Part shown: piece by piece, positions 58,606 through 64,000 of the stretch
How the letters are laid out: every line of letters starts with the position of its first letter
Position numbering within the stretch: the first letter of the stretch is position 1
Assembly (NCBI GenBank): GCA_002506365.1
Contig: DAXK01000024.1
Coordinates: forward strand, 30,944-94,943
Direction: 5' to 3'
DNA length: 64,000 nucleotides
Source: an archaeon UBA583
Lineage (GTDB): Archaea > Nanobdellota > Nanobdellia > Woesearchaeales > UBA583
Translations under genes and position numbers: made by a program
Notes under the pieces: generated by a model
Databases searched by the model: none
What the model was told of the DNA's origin: nothing
The model's input: only the letters and a program-made list of their open reading frames with translations

Positions 58606-59202
58606 ATGCAAGCAGATAGAATTTTTATGTTAGATTTTTTTAAACAATTAAATGAAAAAATAGTTGAAAAATATGGACCAACAATTCAAATTAAATTTTA
58701 CATTTTAGGTGGAACTTTTTTTGTAATGAACAGTTTAAGAAATAATAGTCCTGACATTGACATTTTATGTCCTGAAGGACAATCATATAAAATACTAACT
58801 CAAATTGGAATCCCATTAGCTAAAGAATTTGAAATTAGTTTAGACTTATTATATAAAAATACATTAGACTGTACATTTTTACCAAAAAATTACTCCAGAT
58901 TAGCAAGACCTTACAAAAGAGAAAGAAGTAACCACCCAAATTTGAAAATTTGGACTCTTTCCCCATACCACATCATACTATCCAAACTTGCAAGATACTC
59001 ACCAAAAGATGTAAATGATATTAACTTAATTATGACTAGTGGAAAATTTAAAATTCGTAAAAAAGAATTATTAAAACAAAAAAACCTTTATGATTATTCA
59101 GCTATAAAAAGTAAATTTGAAAATAACTTTAAAGAATTTCTAAACAAATACGAACCAATTTTAAAAAAAAGTTGGTTAGAAGAATTATTAGATAATTCTT
59201 AA
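58606..59202 (+). CDS. Putative minimal nucleotidyltransferase-fold protein
   Basis: YILGGTFFVMNSLRNNSPDIDIL fits the G-[GS]-x(9-13)-D-x-D NTase motif. Confidence 0.4.
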   Translation: MQADRIFMLDFFKQLNEKIVEKYGPTIQIKFYILGGTFFVMNSLRNNSPDIDILCPEGQSYKILTQIGIPLAKEFEISLDLLYKNTLDCTFLPKNYSRLARPYKRERSNHPNLKIWTLSPYHIILSKLARYSPKDVNDINLIMTSGKFKIRKKELLKQKNLYDYSAIKSKFENNFKEFLNKYEPILKKSWLEELLDNS

Positions 59203-59243
59203 AATAAATAAGTGAAAATAAATAAATAAAATTAAAAATAATT

Positions 59244-59732
59244 TTATCTTGTAATAATAACTCTTGGTTTTTTAATTAACTTTCCTCTAAACCTAAAACC
59301 TTTTCTAACTGTCTTTAAAATTAAATTTTGAGCAAGACCATTTGCTGGAGCATAACTTGCAATCTCTGCATCTTGTTCACTATAAAACTTATTCTCTGCT
59401 TGAATTGGTTCAAGTTCTAAATCATGCATTACCTTTAACATACATTTCTCAGTTTGAGTAATACCCATCATAACTTTTTGAGTATCAGGGTCAACAGATT
59501 TAATTTTATAAGTATCTCTTTTAGTTTCCTCAATTTTTTCAAATAAAGTAATTAAATTTCTAGCAGTAGATAACTTAACTTCATGTTCTAAATCATTCAT
59601 CTTTCCACTATGTTGTTCCCTTAAATTCTTATTATCTAATCTCAACTTAGAATACTTATGATATAAAACTTCATATTTTTCACTTGTCGGATTAAGTGCT
59701 CTCTTAATCTTATCTAAAACCATAAATATCAT
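59244..59732 (-). CDS. grpE: GrpE-like nucleotide exchange factor
   Basis: N-terminal coiled coil, then LELEPIQAENKFYSEQDAEIA and VRKGFRFRGKLIKKPRVII, matching the GrpE C-terminal beta-domain pattern. No dnaK or dnaJ is in the window. Confidence 0.5.
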   Translation of the reverse strand: MIFMVLDKIKRALNPTSEKYEVLYHKYSKLRLDNKNLREQHSGKMNDLEHEVKLSTARNLITLFEKIEETKRDTYKIKSVDPDTQKVMMGITQTEKCMLKVMHDLELEPIQAENKFYSEQDAEIASYAPANGLAQNLILKTVRKGFRFRGKLIKKPRVIITR

Positions 59733-59875
59733 ACAACAAACTACATTTATAAATTTTTGTCAAACCTTATCTTAAATTTATCTAAAAGATATTAAAAAGT
59801 TAAAATACAAGTAAAATAATAAACTATTTAAACTACCTTAATCTAATTTTTATTAGATATATATAAAATAAAAAA

Positions 59876-61309
59876 ATGGATTTTTTAGAGATAGCCCAAT
59901 TATTTGAAAAACTAGAAATTACTTCAAAAAGATTAAACAAAATTTTAATTTTAAGAGACTTTTTAGAAAAAGACCAAAAAATCGCAGAATTAATATTTGA
60001 TATAATTTGTGGTAATTTCCAAAGAGAAAATAATAAAAAATCTATTGGAATTTCATTAAAAACACTATTCTCAGTAATTAGTTTTTTATCTCAAAAATCA
60101 GAACTACAAGTTGAAAAAGAATTTAATAAAATCGGAGACATTGGAGAAGTTGCAAGTAAATTAATTTCTCAAGTAAAACAATCATCATTATTAACTCAAA
60201 AATTAACTATTAATCAAATTACACAATCACTTCAAAAGATTTCTCAAACAAATGGAAATAACTCAAATAAAATTAAAAAAGAAATCTTAGGAAACTTATT
60301 TTTAAATGCTACAACAGATTTAGAATATAAATTTTTAGCAAGATTATTAATTGATGATTTAAGAATTGGAGTATCCGAAGGAGTATTAAAAGAAGCATCA
60401 GTAAATTATTTATTTCCAAAGATAATTGGAATTCATAACTCATGTTCAAAATGTTTTTATATTAATTTAAATTCTAAAAATTGTCTAAATTGTAACGATG
60501 TAATTAATCCAGACGCTCAACAAGAAATATTTGAAAATAGATTTAAAATTGTAGAAATTGGAACTCCAAAAGAAATAATTGGTCTTGACAAATTTATTGT
60601 AAATGAACAAAAAGAAATTGAAATCTTAAAATTCGCATTTAGATTAAATCCAAAAACACATATTATTCAAACTCAAGACACAAGATATTTTTACAAAAAA
60701 TTTTTAGAAACTTTTGAAAAAAAATATAATACTTTAAACTCATTTTCAGAAATTATTTCTGATACAAAAAAAGATTTATCATCAATATTAAAAGTAAATA
60801 TTAAATATTTTAGACCAATTAAATCAATGCTTGGAGTAAGATCTAATACTGTAGAAGATAGTTTTGAAGTTTCAGGTATGCCAGCAGTATTAGATTATAA
60901 ATACGATGGATTAAGAGTTCAAATTCATTCTCACAAAGGTGAAATTCAATTATTTTCTCGAAACTTAGATAATATCACAAAACAATTTCCAGAAGTTTTA
61001 GAATTTATTAAATTAAACTTTCCAAAAACTGATTTTGTTTTAGATTCTGAAACAGTAGGATACGATTTTGAAAATCAAAAATTTTTACCATTTCAAATGT
61101 TATCTAAAAGAATTTTATCAAAAAATATTGGAGAAGTAAATCATATTAAAGTAGTAGTAAAAGCATTTGATATATTAAAATTAAACAATGAAACACTTGT
61201 AGATTTTCCATATCAAAAAAGAAGAGATATGTTAGAAGAATTATTTGTAAATACACCAATTAGAGAAAAGATTAAATTTGATTTAGATAAATTAAAACAA
61301 ATAAAATAA
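59876..61309 (+). CDS. lig: ATP-dependent DNA ligase, N-terminal fragment (DBD plus motifs I-IIIa only) with a zinc-ribbon insertion
   Basis: Motif I is LDYKYDGLRVQIH (Lys codon at nt 60899-60901), motif III is FVLDSETVGY, motif IIIa is VKAFDIL. The ORF stops about 45 aa later, before motifs IV-VI and the OB domain. An extra roughly 90 aa with CSKC..CLNC (nt 60440-60493) lies between the DBD and the adenylation domain. Confidence 0.8.
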   Translation: MDFLEIAQLFEKLEITSKRLNKILILRDFLEKDQKIAELIFDIICGNFQRENNKKSIGISLKTLFSVISFLSQKSELQVEKEFNKIGDIGEVASKLISQVKQSSLLTQKLTINQITQSLQKISQTNGNNSNKIKKEILGNLFLNATTDLEYKFLARLLIDDLRIGVSEGVLKEASVNYLFPKIIGIHNSCSKCFYINLNSKNCLNCNDVINPDAQQEIFENRFKIVEIGTPKEIIGLDKFIVNEQKEIEILKFAFRLNPKTHIIQTQDTRYFYKKFLETFEKKYNTLNSFSEIISDTKKDLSSILKVNIKYFRPIKSMLGVRSNTVEDSFEVSGMPAVLDYKYDGLRVQIHSHKGEIQLFSRNLDNITKQFPEVLEFIKLNFPKTDFVLDSETVGYDFENQKFLPFQMLSKRILSKNIGEVNHIKVVVKAFDILKLNNETLVDFPYQKRRDMLEELFVNTPIREKIKFDLDKLKQIK

Positions 61310-61310
61310 A

Positions 61311-61652
61311 ATGGCAAAATTTGAAGGCACATATAGAGAATTTAAAACTCATTGTATGGCAAGTATTACAAATAAAGTCCAATCAATCGCAAAAAAAGAA
61401 AAAGAAAAAAGAAATTATATTTGTGAAAATTGCAATAAAAATATGTCGAAAGATAAATTAAATTATCAGGCAGCCCATTACCCAGATTCCAGAATTAAAA
61501 TAGTCGAAGAAATTTTAGAAAAATATAAACTTAATGATATAATTTTATGTGATTTAAATAAAGTTCAAAAAGAATTTATCGAAATTCATACTCCAATAAC
61601 AAATGTTTGTAAATTTGTTTGTAAAACTTGTCACAAATTGGAATTCAAGTAA
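61311..61652 (+). CDS. Cys-rich protein, possible HNH-type nuclease
   Basis: 113 aa. YICENCNK..NYQAAHYPD...NVCKFVCKTCHKLE gives C-x2-C ... H ... N-x5-C-x2-C-H. It starts 1 nt after the ligase stop. Confidence 0.35.
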   Translation: MAKFEGTYREFKTHCMASITNKVQSIAKKEKEKRNYICENCNKNMSKDKLNYQAAHYPDSRIKIVEEILEKYKLNDIILCDLNKVQKEFIEIHTPITNVCKFVCKTCHKLEFK

Positions 61653-61703
61653 ACTATTCAATTACAAAAAATAATTATATAATTAATATAATTACATATT
61701 TTT

Positions 61704-62477
61704 ATGTTTAAAAAAAACCAAAAACAAACTTTAGTTTTATCCGGAGGAGGAGCATTAGGATTTGCTCACATCGGAATAATCAAAGCTTTAGAAGAAAAAG
61801 AAATCTCATATAACGAAATAATTGGAACTTCAATGGGAGCAATAGTTGGAGCATTTTTATCCATTGGATATACATATAAACAAATTATTGAAATAATTAA
61901 AGAATTAAATTATAGAAAACTTCTAAAAATAAATATATTACACCTCAATTCCTTAATTGACCAAAAAAACATTAGAAAATTTTTAACTGAAAAAATAGGA
62001 GAAATTACATTTAACCAAACACAAATTGAACTAAAAATTATAGCAACAAACCTTGAAACTGGAAAATCAAAAATATTTGATAAAACAACAAATATAAAAA
62101 TTGTTGACGCAATTTGTGCAAGTTTAGCAATTCCAGGAATATTTAAACCATACCCAATTGAAAATCAAATATACATTGATGGATTTCTAAGTTCAAACCT
62201 CCCATTTGAATTTTCAACAAATAAAAAAATATTAGCAATAGATATTAATACAGAAAAATATATCCAAAGTCACAAACATAAATTTGCTCCCCAAATTTTA
62301 GAAAAATCGGTCCACATAATGATACTAAACCAAACTAGAGATAAATTAAAACATAATAAAAATAAACAATTAAAAATAATTGGAATAAATTTAGAAAAAT
62401 TTAAAACATATGACTTCCACAACTGGGAAAAAATATTAAATCAAGGATATAAACAATTTATTGAAAATTATCAATAA
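61704..62477 (+). CDS. Patatin-like phospholipase
   Basis: [22 protein letters not shown] (oxyanion motif), [10 protein letters not shown] (GxSxG) and [11 protein letters not shown] (catalytic Asp motif). Confidence 0.85.
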   Translation: MFKKNQKQTLVLSGGGALGFAHIGIIKALEEKEISYNEIIGTSMGAIVGAFLSIGYTYKQIIEIIKELNYRKLLKINILHLNSLIDQKNIRKFLTEKIGEITFNQTQIELKIIATNLETGKSKIFDKTTNIKIVDAICASLAIPGIFKPYPIENQIYIDGFLSSNLPFEFSTNKKILAIDINTEKYIQSHKHKFAPQILEKSVHIMILNQTRDKLKHNKNKQLKIIGINLEKFKTYDFHNWEKILNQGYKQFIENYQ

Positions 62478-62536
62478 ATTAAAAATAAATTTTAACTAAT
62501 AATAATAAAAAAAAAAATATAAATTATATAATATAA

Positions 62537-63199
62537 CTAAGCTGCCACATTAAATTCTTCAGCAGGTTTTGTATTATTTAAATCTCTAACTTTTTCTAAA
62601 ACTACTTTCATATAATTATACTCAGAAACTAAATTTTCAAATAACTCTGAAAACTTAATATACTCTAAATTAAAACTATTCAAAGAAGAATTTAAATTAC
62701 CTCTATTTGGGTTTAATTTTAAATACACACAATTTTTATATAAAGTTTCACAAACCACAAACTGTTTTCTCATTTGAGCAAAATTATCAACAAAATCACT
62801 AGACAAACCAGAATTTTTAAAAAGTTCCAAATCACTTTTCATCAAATTATTCAAACTAATTACAATTAAATCTAAACAAGTTTTATATCCATAAAATTTT
62901 TCATCAAATGATTTTGTAAAAGTTTTATCCAAATCAACTGTTTTTGACAAACCAAAAAATTTTGAATTATAATAAATCTTCTCCCTCATAAATTTAGAAT
63001 AATCAATCAAAAAACTTACATTTTCTAAAACTGCTAAAAAGTTTTGTAAAAAATCTTTAGAAGTATCATACTTTCTTAATTTAAATTTCTTAATAAACAA
63101 ATCAAACCTAGAATCACCTAAATTTGAATTATTACTATCGCTATTTAATTTTGCTGTTTTCGCAAGTTCATTATTTGCCCACATTTCAGATCTTACCAT
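62537..63199 (-). CDS. Hypothetical protein
   Basis: 220-aa ORF with a TATA-like box about 27 nt upstream. No motif recognised. Confidence 0.5.
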   Translation of the reverse strand: MVRSEMWANNELAKTAKLNSDSNNSNLGDSRFDLFIKKFKLRKYDTSKDFLQNFLAVLENVSFLIDYSKFMREKIYYNSKFFGLSKTVDLDKTFTKSFDEKFYGYKTCLDLIVISLNNLMKSDLELFKNSGLSSDFVDNFAQMRKQFVVCETLYKNCVYLKLNPNRGNLNSSLNSFNLEYIKFSELFENLVSEYNYMKVVLEKVRDLNNTKPAEEFNVAA

Positions 63200-63303
63200 A
63201 ACTACTATAAAAAATTATCATATATAAATTTAAGTTATAAAAAAATAAAATAAAAGAAATATCAATAAATAAAATTGTAATTATATAAATTATATAATTA
63301 AAT

Positions 63304-63612
63304 TCAATCTACAGTAAATAAAACTGAATCATGCTCAACATCCCACAATCCAATCCTAGCACCAGCATCAAGCCAACCATGCGCATAATTTAAACTCGCA
63401 AAAGCATTAATATAATCATTATTATCTCTAAAATGTTGAGCATCACCAAAATAACTCTCAGCCATCAATAAATAATCTTTAGCCATCTTATCCAAATGAG
63501 TTTTATCAGGGCAACATAATTTTAATTTTTTTAAAGCTCTCCCAGTCACATCAAAATACTTATCTAATTTCTCATCAGAAATCAGATTTTGTAAAGGTTT
63601 ATCACTTGTCAT
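63304..63612 (-). CDS. DUF357-family protein
   Basis: AESYFGDAQHFRDNNDYINAFASLNYAHGWLDAGARIGL matches the DUF357 signature as I recall it. Confidence 0.7.
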   Translation of the reverse strand: MTSDKPLQNLISDEKLDKYFDVTGRALKKLKLCCPDKTHLDKMAKDYLLMAESYFGDAQHFRDNNDYINAFASLNYAHGWLDAGARIGLWDVEHDSVLFTVD

Positions 63613-63627
63613 TTTAAATTCTCAAAT

Positions 63628-64000
63628 TTATAATCTAGGAATACTAGCTTCATGACCACAAGCATTACACTTTAAACTAATTCCATTATTAGCAAAAACA
63701 GTATCAGGACTTTGACAATGTGAACACTTCACAAATTGTTCAAAATACTTATTAACTGATTTATTTAAACCTTCAGGTTGAAATCTAGAATGTAAAATTA
63801 AATCTCCTCTATTCCCAACTTCTCCTCTCACTCCTAAATCCTTTAACATAAACTTTGAAAAATGATCTGTTTCTCTTTCAATATGCTTAGCAATCGCTGT
63901 GAAATTTGTAATAATAGTTCTTGACTTAATCAGCTTACCTTTAACAGCAGGCACTTCAAATCTTTCCTTTTTGTATAAAACTTCTGGTAATTCAGCATAA
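63628..64000 (-). CDS. eif2b: Translation initiation factor aIF2 beta subunit (N-terminus beyond the right edge)
   Basis: The frame stays open to nt 64000 (..YAELPEVLYKKERFEVPAVKGK..), and the track start is a GTG artefact. The C-terminal Zn ribbon is CSHCQSPDT....LKCNACGH. Confidence 0.85.
   Translation of the reverse strand, partial: YAELPEVLYKKERFEVPAVKGKLIKSRTIITNFTAIAKHIERETDHFSKFMLKDLGVRGEVGNRGDLILHSRFQPEGLNKSVNKYFEQFVKCSHCQSPDTVFANNGISLKCNACGHEASIPRL

Noticed and set aside
1-64000. Search for rRNA, tRNA, CRISPR arrays, IS elements, integrases or prophage genes
   Set aside because: I saw no GC-enriched structured stretches with tRNA or rRNA features, no regularly spaced direct repeats with unique spacers, and no transposase, integrase or capsid-like ORFs. 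The giant-gene cluster shows no obvious mobile-element boundaries.

Overview
This is an AT-rich, densely coded archaeal chromosome fragment. Archaeal markers include archaeal/eukaryal-type PheRS alpha and beta, ribosomal proteins S6e and L41e, TFS, aIF2-beta, membrane LonB, a TrmB regulator, Bud32, NreA, TrmY, FtsZ and ScpA/ScpB. The composition, many K/N/I-rich orphan proteins, a truncated DNA ligase and giant surface ORFs fit a DPANN-like small-genome archaeon, but that placement is inference. I found no rRNA, tRNA, CRISPR array, transposase or integrase.

The main feature is a roughly 23-kb cluster of co-oriented minus-strand genes at nt 1-22975. It encodes a GGDEF cyclase, a polytopic membrane protein, a surface giant of about 5061 aa and a 1677-aa protein. 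The 1677-aa protein joins a roughly 1260-aa ectodomain, through one TM helix, to a cytoplasmic FtsK/HerA-type P-loop ATPase. A secreted protein sharing the same four-Cys module follows it. The last three genes are translationally coupled.

Other points worth a second look:
- a four-copy family of multi-hairpin intergenic elements with compensatory stem changes, one copy sitting inside a 47-bp duplication of the alaX start region
- a Dph6-like PP-loop ATPase fused to a class-I glutamine amidotransferase
- a DNA ligase that ends after motif IIIa, carries a zinc-ribbon insertion and is followed 1 nt later by a Cys-rich HNH-like ORF
- a 34-aa L41e gene and a 42-aa zinc-ribbon ORF that are missing from the ORF track
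- two paralogous Cys-bearing surface proteins flanking scpA
- a GGDEF protein and a patatin-like lipase, both unusual in archaea

Most genes have a TTTATATA-like box about 25-30 nt upstream of the ATG, which suggests leaderless mRNAs. All calls rest on reading the sequence and recalled family motifs. No searches were run.
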